From: Callorhinchus milii
Taxonomy: Eukaryota
DNA length: 64,000 nucleotides
Assembly (NCBI RefSeq): GCF_018977255.1
Contig: NW_024704742.1
Location: 117,988,001-118,052,000, forward strand
Direction: 5' to 3'
Numbering within the stretch: the first letter of the stretch is position 1; the number at the start of each line of letters is the position of its first letter. A program made the position numbers and the translations under genes. This document shows positions 11,961 to 24,580 of the stretch, piece after piece. Under the pieces are notes generated by a model. The model was not told where the DNA came from, made no database searches, and saw nothing but the letters and a program-made list of their open reading frames with translations.

Positions 11961-12057
11961 TGCCTCTTCTAAAATAGCTGCAGCTGGCACAAGATAACCC
12001 CAAACCATTACAACTTCGCACTATCATAGAGAATAGGTTAATGTGAACCGATTCTAA

Positions 12058-12295
12058 TGGGCAAGTTTCCTTACTCCACATGCCTAATAATAATACCTTC
12101 AAAAACAAAATAATAATAAATTGGTCATCTTCAATCCACCACTGTTTGTGGGACACTGCTGTGCGCAATTGGCTGCCACGTTTCACCCACAAATATACAG
12201 TCAATTCACTTTACAGTGTGTTCTGTGAAGTGCTTTGGGACGTCCTCCCAATGTGAAAAGCGCTATATCAAATGCAAGGATTATTATTATTATTA
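12058..12295 (+). mobile_element. SINE lacking tRNA head
   Basis: starts at gggcaagtttccttactccaca; family body and tail. Confidence 0.9.
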
Positions 12296-12365
12296 ATACA
12301 AGCCAGGTTACATAGGAAAGTGGCTCAACATCACTATCTTAGTGATGCTGACCCACTATCTTAGT

Positions 12366-12676
12366 GGAGTCCTGTAGCTCAGTCGTTAGAACACTCGCCT
12401 CACAAGCGAGAATCCTGGGTTCGATTCCCGGCAGGGCAAAACCTTGGGCAAGTTTCCTTACTCCACACGCCTGATAATAATCCTTCAAGAAAAAAAACAA
12501 TAATAATTTGGTCACTTCAATCCATGACTGTTTGTGGGACACTGCTGAACGCAATTGGCTGCCGCGTTTCGCCCACAAAAAATACAGTCAGTTCACTTTT
12601 GCAGTCTATTCTGTGAAGCGCCTAGAAGACGTGAAAAGTGCTATATCAAATTCAAGGATTATTATTATTATTATTA
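12366..12676 (+). mobile_element. Full-length tRNA-derived SINE (short subfamily)
   Basis: A box tagctcagtcgttag, B box ggttcgattcc, CORE-like accttgggcaag, Deu-like body, L2-like tail with (ATT)n. Confidence 0.92.
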
Positions 12677-12721
12677 CGCAATTCTTCATGTGTGAGAATT
12701 GACAGATTAATCAACCATAGA

Positions 12722-12972
12722 AACAACAACAACAACAAGATTCCATTTATAGAGCGCCTTTCACGTCGGGAGGACGTCCCAAGGCGCTGGACAGTTGGGT
12801 CAGAACCCGAGCAGGGGGGAAATGGTGAGGGGAGGGAAGGGAGGGGGCGAGGAGGGGATAGAGAGTTGAGAGGGGAGCTGAAGGCACGGTCAAAGCGAAA
12901 GGTCTTGAGACCGACCTTGAAGGAGGAAAGGAAGGAAGCAAGGCGAAGGCACTGGGGGATAGAGTTCCAGAG
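12722..12972 (-). mobile_element. L2 3' fragment, young
   Basis: (aac)n...agagcgcctttcacgtcgggaggacgtcccaaggcgctggacagt; closely similar to 1946-2119. Confidence 0.9.
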
Positions 12973-12999
12973 TCAAACAGTACAGAAACAGTACAGTCA

Positions 13000-13270
13000 G
13001 ACCCCATCTTCCACACACACACACACGCATACTTTTTATGGGTAGGTGGAAAGCTGTTAGAAGAAGCAAGAGCTCTGGTTGATATGTCCTCTTCAAAGTG
13101 CAGGTTTGCTGAAGTCAACTGTAGTACCCCAACTGTTCTCTCTTGTTGAGATCAATTATTCACCACAGACAGAATGGATCTTTATGACTTTCTAGTTGGT
13201 CTGTATGCCTTACTGCCTAACACCGGGTGGACCAAAACAGGAAACGTTACTGGGTGGCACCTAACTCATC
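13000..13270 (-). mobile_element. Old SINE, third family
   Basis: gctgaagtcaactgtagtacccc...gagatcaattattca...tggtctgtatg. Confidence 0.4.
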
Positions 13271-16099
13271 AGGCCATCAATTTTAAAATCATTAATTTAT
13301 TACATTTGAGTTTCATGTGATAGTGCAAATTTTAAAACAAATGCCTTTTATCATTTCTGTGTCATACCACTGTAAATAATATCATGGCAGGTTTTAAATT
13401 GGCCTCTTCCTAATTCATTAAGGAATCGTTAACTACATATTAAATCCTAGTTTATCATTCATTAATTACACATATTGTTCAATCTAATCAATATAATTGG
13501 TATTATTCGTTTATACGCACACAGTATATGGTTAATGATAGATTTTACTGTAATTTCATATAATTAATAATAATGCTGGTACTGCTGCTATCTCTACGTT
13601 TTAATTGCAATAGTCTGTAAAATACATCTCTAACATAGTTACAACGGGTGCATTGTCTCTATTAAGATTGATAAGGTGTATTATTTTAAACGCAGAACAA
13701 TCTGATTGCCAAATTCTAGGCTAAAATACGACCCAATTTCCCTTTGCTGTTTATGAAAAGGCACGGCTCATTACATTGCGCCGCAAAAAAACAACGGAGA
13801 CGTGAAGTGTGTTTAACTTGAATGACAACTCACTGCTCGCATCGTGTCTCCATGTTAAATGAATAGGGAACGTGTAGAACCATGAGAATAAGTTGGTTAC
13901 CAAATTGTTTGGACCGTATTAACAATTGCCACGTTTCTTTGAACACTCAGCTGTTGTTTGCGAGCCCTGGTTGGTAGTCTGGCCAACTTTGGTACAACTT
14001 GTCTTTTGCACACATGAGAGGCGAAAACTGCTCATGGGGAAACGAGAAGGTTCCGCAATGCAAAGAGCAAGGGTCCTCCATATGGTGTAGTTAGTAGAAT
14101 TACTGTGTCGTTGTTAGTCATTGTTGCCAGTATATTTATATTGGAAAGTTAACGATCAGTTACTGAAGTTTAAAGATCGCATACAGTGTTAATTGTTCCT
14201 GCTCAGTGGATTTACGAAGGCATAAGACTGTTTAGATCATTTGGTTATATTAGCCTTTGTTTCATGTAAAATATGTTGAGCAGGTGTAGGTCCTACCCAC
14301 TGGGGAAACTTATCCTGCGACACCTTAGTTCAGCTCCTTTATTGATGGTTTTGCTCAGGTGTACGCGGAGATAAATGCCACATTTGATATTAATCTGAAT
14401 AAAACACCTCTTTATGATATTTCCCTGAGGTGGTGAGTTTTCATGTTATGAATTCATCTTGTTCTTCTCCCTTCCCGTAAACTCCAAACTGTCACACAAT
14501 TGCGTGTGGATTTTTGTGATCAAATGGCTTTTAAACGTTCGCCATCCCTGCATTCTTATATGCAATGACCTAATTACCAATTTGCAAGATTTTGTTAGAT
14601 ATTTCCTCCCGCAGTATTACACCTTGAACTTTCCTAACACACTAATAGATAGAAAATGCAATGCAAGTTAGAATGGTTAATTTTTATCTGTCCTGCACAC
14701 CCAGCCATCATCATTAAAGACAGCAATTCTGTATCAGGCGAATTTCCTACGCCGGGTAAGCAGCGTTTTACACAATTTATTCACTTGTCTTGTTTCAAAT
14801 TAGATTGAGGTTACGATTTGTTTGCTGAAAGTCGTCAATGTAGCAAGCAAAATTTTAAGGACTGATTTCAGTTCAGACCGTTTGGCAGTTTAATTTCATT
14901 CAATTTATCCGTGAAACAACAAGGGAGATACCATTGCAACAAGCAGACACCGACAGACAGCAGGCACACAAATCCATACACAATACTTCATTCAGTTCAT
15001 GGTTAGAGACCTACATATTCCGACAGATCATGCATGCACATGTCTTGCTTACATGTATCTATCCATTGGCAATTCTGACATGATTAATATTCATTTTGAA
15101 ATACATGTACGCTTTCATTTCATTTTGAAATTGTAAACAAACGCAGAAATGTATGTATGTACCTGTAGTTGTATAGAGGAAGTTGTGCGTAATAATCTCA
15201 ATTTGGTGTTTTTTGTTGCACGTTGAGAATGTATTTATTTTGTAAATATCTGCAACTGTTTCTGAATTTTGCCAATAAACAACCTTGACAAATGAACACA
15301 TTTGTTTTCCGACTCAGTCCCTCATGTTCAATGAACAATGTATTCGGAATTATTCGTGATCACAGATTATCCTTCACGGCATCCGTGAGAAAAAAAAAGT
15401 TAAAATTAGTATTTAAGTAATTTCATTAATTTTTAATTCGATTTGTATTTGCAGAATGTATTCTAACGCGTTGATAAGTAATTGATCTGCGAATTTCGAT
15501 GCGCTAACTAAGATATACGCCTGATAATTGTAATACTTTGAAATATATTTATTCTGAATGAGTAGAACCCATTTGTCTTATAATAGTTACTATATAAAAA
15601 AACAACTCCCAGTTTAAAGGTAGAACCCGTTTTATTCCATTGGACACTCCAATGAGCGTGACTTCATGAAAAAGCTTGACATGTATGAGAAGGTTTTCAC
15701 TAATGAAATAAATAAATAAAATCAGCTATCATTAACTTTAATTTTACTTAGGCTACAGGGTCACAGGGAGAAAAAATTACTTATTAAATTTTCACTCTTA
15801 CCGGAACGACCTAATGATGTCGGATTTTAGATTTTTCATGCATTAATACGATTCATTATTTCCAAAAGTGACTTCAATAATATAAAGATATTACCTTGTC
15901 CAATAAAATCTCTCTGCCACCCACTGGGATGAGATATCTAGTAAAAACATAATAGGAACCCAACGTGGGTAAATGTTTCATTAATCTTAGGTAGAATTAA
16001 GGCCTATTGGTTTAAAATGTCTATTTTGAAGTTTCTCCTTTTTTCCCCTCTTTGCCCTATCCGTCGATTATTAGTATTTTCCGAGTTTTCCAAACTAAT

Positions 16100-16490
16100 A
16101 AGCGCCACTATCAGACGTTTAGAAGAGCGGGAGCTTGCAGGCTGCTGCCTTTGCCTTAATTGATATTGAACGAGCCGCTGGTAGACGGTAACAAGGCCAC
16201 TGCTGGATAATTTGCAGTTTAATCAGCGTTTGTAATGAGAGCTGCTGATTATGGGCTGTTGGAAATAAAAGAGAGTTACAAGGAACGTCTGTCAGAGTCC
16301 GGTGATAATTCAGGACTAATTGTAGTGATTAAGGCAAACTGGATGACTTTGGGTTTGCTAATGTGCAAGCTGGCGGTGAATTCCTTGTGCTCAGCCCCAA
16401 GCTCCACTGTGAATTCCGCATGTGCTACTCAATTTAAACCACAAATACATTGCTGTACAGGCTCCTGCCTTAATTTAGTGTGAGGTTCTT
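16100..16490. promoter_or_regulatory. Candidate conserved non-coding enhancer
   Basis: unique, CpG-retaining sequence, GC-richer than its AT-rich flanks, dense in TAAT/ATTA motifs and CTGTCA; conservation untested. Confidence 0.45.
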
Positions 16491-18689
16491 CTACTTTTTT
16501 TATTTTCACTTATTGCTTAAACGAGGGAATTTAACAGGCTAACCATTCTGAAGTTCACTTTACTTATTTAATTCATTACATAGAATACATCATGCTAATC
16601 CGAGTTAATGTAGCACAGAAACAAGTCAGCCAGGTGCCTTTCTTTTGAGATATAACATCTTGTTTTTCTTTTTAATAAAGTGAAAGAAGCCTAGAGGGTT
16701 TGAAATGATGGTCAACATTGCTATTATTGCAACCTTTGTCATTTTTCAATAGCAAGCGGCGATGCAATTGTGATTAACAAACCTGTATCAAATTGTAAAA
16801 ACACTCTCGATGGTATAATAGAATAATTAAACAAATATGCACATCCAAGGTGTGTGTGCATATATTCCACATTGATAAACTGGGTTTGATGTCAATGGCG
16901 TATAAAAAATAAAGCCATATGATTATCGTTTCAAATATTAATATCATAATGTAAATGCACGTTATTTTAATCGTATATGCCTTAACGCTTAAGTCTATTG
17001 GGTGTTATATTCTCAATCAAACTTTTACCATTCTGTTCTGCAATTTCACACTTCGACATTAAGGTCATGCAGCACCAAAGCCAATTAATTGATTAATTTG
17101 CAAATAAATAAATCTCCGTGTTTGTATAATTCACATCGTGTTTCACCTAAAATAATTTAATAATTAAAAGTATTTAATTTAGTTAAAATGTTTAAAATGC
17201 ATCATTTTTTGAAAAAAATGAAAAAAATGTTCTAATAAATATTTAAAAATACAGGAATAAGGTTACTGATATGATATTGATATATATATTTATGTAGTTG
17301 TCGTCTAAAACCTGAAAATTATGTGAATGATAATGAATGCAAAACGTAAAGAGTTCAAAATTAATACGCTGAATTGTTAATTTTCATGTAGTTTATCAAA
17401 CTTATATTTAACTACATGCCTCCGTATACTTAATGCAATGCACATCTGCACCCTAGCCTGTATGTTTAATATTTTCTTTCAATTGCAATTTATTTCATTA
17501 ATATAGGAAGAGAGAGCTGACAGAAATTGCATGCTGAGCCTCACCTCCTTATGTAGAACGCTTGTAACAAAAGAAATGGGCAGATTTGTGGGTGTCTGAT
17601 TATGAAGCACAACCGCTAATTTCAGAACAACGCTTCCAGATGAGTTGATGGACATGTCAAACTATATTCATGCTGTATCTAGGAGAATTTTCTGTATGGC
17701 TTGAGTCCTGTCTCGGCTACCCGCAGAATTACAAATTTGAAATTAGTGAGAATGTGTGTATGAAGAGAAGTTGGTAATTAGCAGCCAGGAGAAGAGGGGA
17801 GCGAATGCAGGAGGGGAACCAGGTGAAGCTGTCAGCTCCCAGGGACTCTGAATGAACTTTAAGTCGCATCACCAATGTCTGGGTACCTGCTGCCAAACAG
17901 CAGCCAACGTAATGTCCCCCCACCCCCCCTCTCCCTTTCCATAGGACCGCCAAGAAAGATGAAGTTGGAAGGAAATGACAGTTGGATAACAGACAATTCT
18001 AATCTCATCCTGTCATTTTTCCTATTCCGCACAGACCACATATATAATAAAAAAGAGAACTTTTGCATCAATGTGTCTGCATCTTTTACATCTATTTCAA
18101 CATCACAGGCAAAGGCGAGAGCTACAGTGGTAGCGTTATATTACCATTTAATTTTTCTGTGCACCGCGCATTTTTATTTACAATCGCTCATCTACTTGAG
18201 TATTTGTGTAATAACGTGGAACGAACCGATGGAATATGGACTTTTGTACCTCAGCCAGTTGTTACTTGACTATTTATACACAACAATATATTGTGAAATA
18301 CTTTTGATAATTAATGTGCAATTTATGACATTAGCGATTTAAAAGGCAACTATAACAAACGGAATCCTGAATTAATATAAACCAGGCTGTTAAGAAAATG
18401 ACCATGTTTAATATTTCGGGTACTACATATTCAATTTGGCTATTTAAACACAAATTAGATTTGTGCAAAAATACATACCAAGCTTAGACAGTGTGTCGCC
18501 ATTGACAGTCACTACCGCTTTCACTTTCAATAAACAGCTATTATCTAATTAAAGACATTTATCCAAACATCTTAAATACAGAGGAGGAATTCATTTTTTT
18601 TAATCAATGTAGAAATTTGGTCTTCTTCACTTCTACGAATCAGTTGGAGAAAAAAAAAGCTTATTTCTGATTAAAATGCCAGCAATAAA

Positions 18690-19140
18690 TTGGATGTAAT
18701 AAATATTTGCCGGTAGATTAGCTGGGGAGAATGTGTTAGTGCTCTGCTTGGACCTGTAACCTCTGCCAAGCCGCGAGTTCTGCGCCAGATTAGCCCCATC
18801 CATCCAGTGTCAATGGCTGTCTTGTTGAGAAAATCAGTGAGTAAACACGGCTGACAGAGAGGGGGTCTCATCTGATTACTGTTACAAATAGACTGCAAAC
18901 TCCATGATGATGAAGCAGTCTTCAGATTGGAGGCTCCAGGCTTTGGATGACAGCGGTGCTTCTCCCTGGGTCCCGTGTCCTGCTGTTCCCACTTTGTCCT
19001 CCATCAATCACACTATTGTGTCCTGGATGCTTTATAGAGTCAGTTAATATCCCTGCCTTCATCTCTATTCACTTAGAATGATGTGTCATAAGGTCCAGGG
19101 GCATCCGTCAGCAGAGACAGAGGAAAAATCCAAAGACCTT
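18690..19140. promoter_or_regulatory. Candidate Pbx-Hox/Meis enhancer
   Basis: TGACAG at 18852 and 18948, CCATCAATCA (= TGATTGATGG) at 19001-19010, GTAAACA Fox motif at 18841. Confidence 0.5.
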
Positions 19141-22100
19141 ATAGGAGAAGTCTTTGAAATCCGCCTTTGGGTGTGTGTGTGTGTGTGTGTGATGTGTTTG
19201 CATGTGCGTGTGTGTCCCTTTTCAATATGCGTGTATATGTATAAAATACCAGGTACATGTATTTTCAGAATTCTATGGCTGTTTTGAATATTTGAGTATT
19301 GGACTGCTTGTTATTTGTAAGTTAATTTTTTAATTATAATGCCCTTCTACTAACACACGATCTTCAGTTGTCTCTAAATTGTGTACAGTGTTTTAAAATG
19401 GGTGGACGCTCTGCTCAGTTATCTATTTCAGGATTGTCACAAATGATCCATTTTTGTTCGTATGTATAACACGTGTTTATAAATAAGGCACAGATAGGAG
19501 CTTTGTGTCATGTCAAACGTAAAATCCACTCTTGCCCAAATAAAGATTCTTGTAGGTTTACTTACGTTTTGATGTCGCATGATTGATGGGTCCCGTTCTG
19601 AGTGGTTTGAGGTAAAGTAGGAAGTGTGCATTTGACCATTTTGAGAAATTGCATTTGAACTAATTTTGTTTGATATATTTCCAGCATCCATTCAAATGCA
19701 AGAGGAAATGGTAAAAACATAAGCATTAAAAATAAAACATTTTGAGAAATAAAAACTTGACAGAATGTGCCTACCCATATAATTATTGAACTTCCTCCCG
19801 ACGTGAAAGGAGCTCTATCAATGCAATGTGTTGTTCTTGGTTGTGTTGAAGGCCTATCCAACTAAAAGGTTACCAAATACGCCGTTAATTGCGAAGAAAT
19901 GCAAAAGCAGCGAAAGGCAAACCGATAATCAACTCTCGTTTCAAACAAAAGCTGAATTAACAACTTCCTTGATTATTCTGAATCCAGCAATAATATTGTT
20001 TGTATTGCTAAGACAGTTTAATGGTGAACTTGCGTATGTTTTATCTGTAATCAAAGTGAAATTAGTAACGCATTGTATATCGGAAAGTTGAAGAACTCTA
20101 GGGCTAGTCAGATATAAAAGATTACTTTCCCTTTTATATTATTAGTCTGGTATCATTGGTTAGACGACTACGCTGATGCTTCAATAAGCTTTCACGAATT
20201 AAATGTAGCCTTAGACTAACCCTTCCTGAAAATAAAGGTGCACGTGCTTTCAGATTCCGAACATTTCAATTAAATAACATAACAAATAAATATTATACGA
20301 AAGTTGTAAATATATTCTAAGCACTTAATGGATCTGTTGTATTTGGCTGTGAAGTCAAAAGCAATTATTATTTGTGATGAATTGCCTTGAAACTTAATTT
20401 TTATTTCTTGATAATCGACTAATTGGAGAGGGACTGTAATATCGCTGCGGCATTGATGTCCCAGAAACATATAGGTCTTTCTTAAATTCAGAATCAGACA
20501 AAAATAATTATATAAAGGGAAAATTAGTTGTAAAATTACTTAAATCATACAAATGGTTTTAAGACACTTATACTATTAAAGATTGATACAAATCGATTGT
20601 TCTAAATGCAAGAAGATGTTTAACTTTACGGCTGAATTTAAAATGTTTTATATATTTCCATCCATCTTTAGTACAAGGGAGTCAGTTTTCTCTCTCTCTG
20701 TTTAAAATATCCTATTTTAGTCCATTTAGTCTCCGACACATTTTAACAAATCCTGTATAATGCATGTTGAGATGAAAAACAAACCTCCAGGCTGTTCAGA
20801 GTTTTTATGGTAACTACCCATTCTAATATAATTGTTCAGTTTTTCTTATTTTATAGATTTAGATGCACATAATCTCATCATGTAAACTGATATATAGAGT
20901 GAAAACTAGGAGTCTCCCAATTACTAGCTACACTTGAGGGGTGAACCTCAATGCCTATTTGTTGCAAAAAATATTCTTAGAAGTAAATTATGAAACACAT
21001 TTAAACTAATATATTTTTAAACTATTTAAAGGTACCTTTAATAAATTACAACGTTTATTTATTGAAAGCAAAGCCTGATGCATTTATTTGAATATACGTA
21101 TTCTCTGTGAGCCTAAATCATAATGATATTTCACGTTAATGATCTATGTGATGTTGTTCAAACATGTATTGGTTTTTTAAACATACAAAATTAAAGACCA
21201 AAAGTCAATATTATATTAAGGAAGAATGGTAAATTCACTTTTACACGCTATGGATGTCGACACAGCCCTAACTGTGTTTACCTTCTCCATTTTCAAAAAA
21301 AAGACCAAAAACGCTGGATACATTTTAATTAAATTCAGCATGGTTACAGTCAACACGTATTTCAAAAAAATGTTACACCAAATTATTGGCAATAAATCTA
21401 CACTATTCTTTGTAGTTTAGAAGATCATTATAATTATCACCTCCATCATTATTGAACTCATTATTCTTCAGTTGCTAACGTATTACTGTGTATCTCACAT
21501 TTGGGATTATAATAGTAAACAGTGCAATATAAATTACTTTAATTACTTTGATAAATTATGGCCATTTTACAATCCAAATACAATCTTTAATTACTTTTGT
21601 TACACATGTGAAAAATCCTATCAGGGCACAAATTTGCTAAAAAAATAAATAAAAACAGAAACTCAATTGAGCTCTTGAATTTAGAGCTATGGCTCGCAAT
21701 TATTGAATTATCTAAGCATGTGTTTGTGCAGCAGTCAGCATTTTACATCATCCCACACAAAGAATAAGTATATGAAATACTCAGCGAAACAAGAGAAAAA
21801 TTTATGCTATCAATTTGAATGCCGTTTCACAAACATGCACGTAATCCGCCAGTCGAGTTGATTAATATAGCTGATTATCCTGCGAAAAACACATTAAAGT
21901 AAAACAGTGCTTTAGCGGTTGAATGGATGTAACTTAGGAAACCACTTCAACTTGTACAAGGCATAATCGGACACAATACTGTAAGGAAATATGTATATAT
22001 ATATATATTTATTTTCAAATTGCTTCCTTGTTTGTATGCAGATGAGCACAGCAATATTAATCCTTGTCAATTTCCAATGCAGCACAAAGGACACAAAATG

Positions 22101-22169
22101 CCTCAGTTTCAAATATGTATTATAGATCTTGTTATTGTTATTATGGATTCTGCATCTTTTCATACTGTC

Positions 22170-23400
22170 CTGAAACCAGGCGATGTGCGTGTCGGCGGCA
22201 CCGAAGGCTGACAACACGGCAAAGCAGATAGTTTGGGAGATGTTAAATGCCCATATTATAACGTGTGGGTAAAACCAGAGGTGTGAAAGCATGGACAGAA
22301 CTTTTGGGAGGTGGTGGTGGGGGTCGGGGGGGGGTCGGGGGGGGAACTTATTTGTGCAGAGGTTTCGGTTATCAAAGCCCTGGATGGTGGAATTTATTCT
22401 GTTGGAAGCGGACTTCCTTCCACCAGGGCTGTGCTTTGGGGTGTGAGTGAGAGTGAGTGAGTGAGGAAGCGCTCAGGCTATGGGGTGGGGGTGGGGGGTG
22501 GGCGCTGACATTTGTTTTTTGGCAATTTTCGCAGGACATTATTATTATTATTATTTTGCACAACAAAAAAGTTGATGCTTCTATAAGTGCGCGTGTTCCC
22601 GCCCCCCCCCCCTTTCTCTCTCTCTCTCTCTCTTTATATTTCACCCTCAGATTAAAACAACACCTTTCCGTCTCCATCGAGGCCACTCGATGCAGACCCG
22701 GGGAGGGAGGGGAGAGGGGAGGGAGGGGAGAGGGGAGGGAGGGGGGGGGATAGCGCGGAAAGCTCCTCAGACGCTCTTTTATCTTCATGTGCCCTTTCCT
22801 GGCAAAAATGGAGACATCATCTCGCACAGAACGGCCTGTATTTATGAAGGTTTTCTGACGAATAGGCAGGCCGGCCACGCTTGGGTGGCTGCCTTCATTC
22901 CGCACTTGGCTTGTTTACATAGGACCAGCACCATTTCCACGGATTAAACAAATCACAGCTCGAAGGAGACATTTATAATCCACCGCCGGGGCCACAAGGC
23001 AGGGATTTGTTTCCCCCCCTTCCTTCCCCCCCCCCCTCCCTCCCTCCCTCTCCCTCCTCTCTCTACTCTCTCTGTATCTTTTTTTAAAAAAAAGTGTGCG
23101 ACTGTGTGCAGAGAAAAATAAATGTCCACGTCGAAGGGATGACCTTCCCTGATCGTGTGAAACACCCTTCACAAAGCTCGGCGCCTCCATTAACACTCGA
23201 GAGCATCAGCTCAGAGCGGCCTGACCGCGGCTTTAATTGCTGAACATGAGGGGAGGGAGGAAGGGAGGGAGGGAAGGGGGGGGGGGAAAAAAAGGGGGGG
23301 GGGGCAGTTTTTTTTCCCCCCAAAAAATAAAATAATAATAATAAAAATATATTAAGATTAGGCGTTTTACGTGCCCGGTCTCAGAGGGAAGGATAAGGAT
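22170..23400. promoter_or_regulatory. CpG-rich promoter-proximal region with unique cores separated by G/GA and C/CT tracts
   Basis: elevated CpG, polypurine/polypyrimidine runs, no transposons. Confidence 0.55.
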
Positions 23401-23924
23401 GATGACTGGGAAAGCAATAACACGAATTGTTGCCTATCATCTTCCATCAGCGTTCAAGACAGTAGATGGAATTTTTATGACACGTATCATAACAGTGGGG
23501 GGAATCGTCTCACACAAATAGAGAGGCTTTCAAAGGAGATCAGAAAAATATTGTATAAATTTCGCTCTAATTTATTTGATCATTCCACATTACGGGGGTA
23601 TGTATTGCCTCAAATTTGATAACAAGTACTCAATACAACTCATTATGTAAGTTAAATTAGACTTCGATAAAATTTCAGGGCCGTGCTGGGGTTCCTTGAA
23701 TGAAATGTAATTTGTGTGAGAATTTGTTGTATCTGTCACAAATATTTCCAATTAGCTGCCGTAATTATTTGATAGTTTCTGCAATTACGGTCTAAACGGA
23801 TGAATTTGGAACTGTGGAGAACCTAATTGGCCTAAATTTGATATTTTGCATATTTGCATAATGAGGAAATTGGTAGAAAATTGTGTTCATTCATTTGTGA
23901 AAATCCTATGAATTTTATGAATTT

Positions 23925-24580
23925 GAATCCGCTGCGGCTGCCAGTGACTTTGCCCGCTGATCCCTGGAGGAGATGATGATGATGAGGCGGGCCCGGCGCC
24001 AGCGCCCAGCCCTCCCCCACCGCCCGCCCGCCCGCCCGCTCACCAGCGCCCGCCCGCCCGCCCGCCCGCCTGCCAGGCATTGCGCTGGGGACGCGGCCCA
24101 CGTGATCACCAAGGAGCGCGCGCTACCGCCGCGGTGGTGGTGGGTGGGTGGGTTTTGGGTGTGGGGGGGGGGTTGGTCGAGAGAAGGCGCAGGGCGGTAA
24201 GTCCCTGCTAAGGCACGTGACCTGCTGGCCAGCCGAGGACGGACGGACGAACGAACGAACGGACTGCAGCCAACGGGCCGAGCGAGTGATGGTGGGGCGC
24301 ATGCGCTTCTGAAGGAGAGACCCAGCACTCGGGAAGAGAGGTGGGTGGTGGGAGGGGGGGGGGGGGGGAAAGAGGAGAAATCACGTGACCGTGCCCCAGC
24401 TTGTAGCATCGCGCGCACCGCCCCCCCCCCCCCCCCCGCACCCGGTGCGCTTTGGGGGCCAGAAAAAAACGTTATCTTTTAAAAAACGCTCGCGCTCCAG
24501 GGTGCGCGCGCCGCCGAGTGAACCGAGCCGCGAGCTCAGGCTTTCCCCGTAAAACAAGGCAGTAATGATGCCGCCATTTC
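23925..24580. promoter_or_regulatory. CpG island promoter
   Basis: very GC/CpG-rich; (CCCG)n GC boxes 24021-24070; CACGTG at 24099, 24214, 24382; GCGCATGCGC (NRF1) 24297-24306; GCCGCCATTT (YY1-like) 24570-24579. Confidence 0.85.
23930..24196 (+). other. Putative first exon (start uncertain) ending at donor GCG|GTAAGT
   Basis: consensus GTAAGT at 24197-24202 inside the CpG island. Confidence 0.4.

Noticed and set aside
12368..12438. tRNA-Val(CAC) gene
   Set aside because: Continues directly into SINE body and tail; mismatches in acceptor and D stems; treated as SINE head
22363..22373. TTTCGGTTATC match to miR-9-3p complement
   Set aside because: Only 11 nt; no precursor hairpin with the miR-9 arm
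22372..22905. 177-aa ORF
   Set aside because: Runs through simple repeats (poly-P, ERER, IIII); no recognisable domain
24209..24217. TAAGGCACG resembling miR-124 5' end
   Set aside because: Diverges after 9 nt; explained by the E-box
23832..24441. Arg/Pro/Gly-rich ORFs in the CpG island
   Set aside because: Expected from GC-rich sequence lacking stops; no known protein recognised
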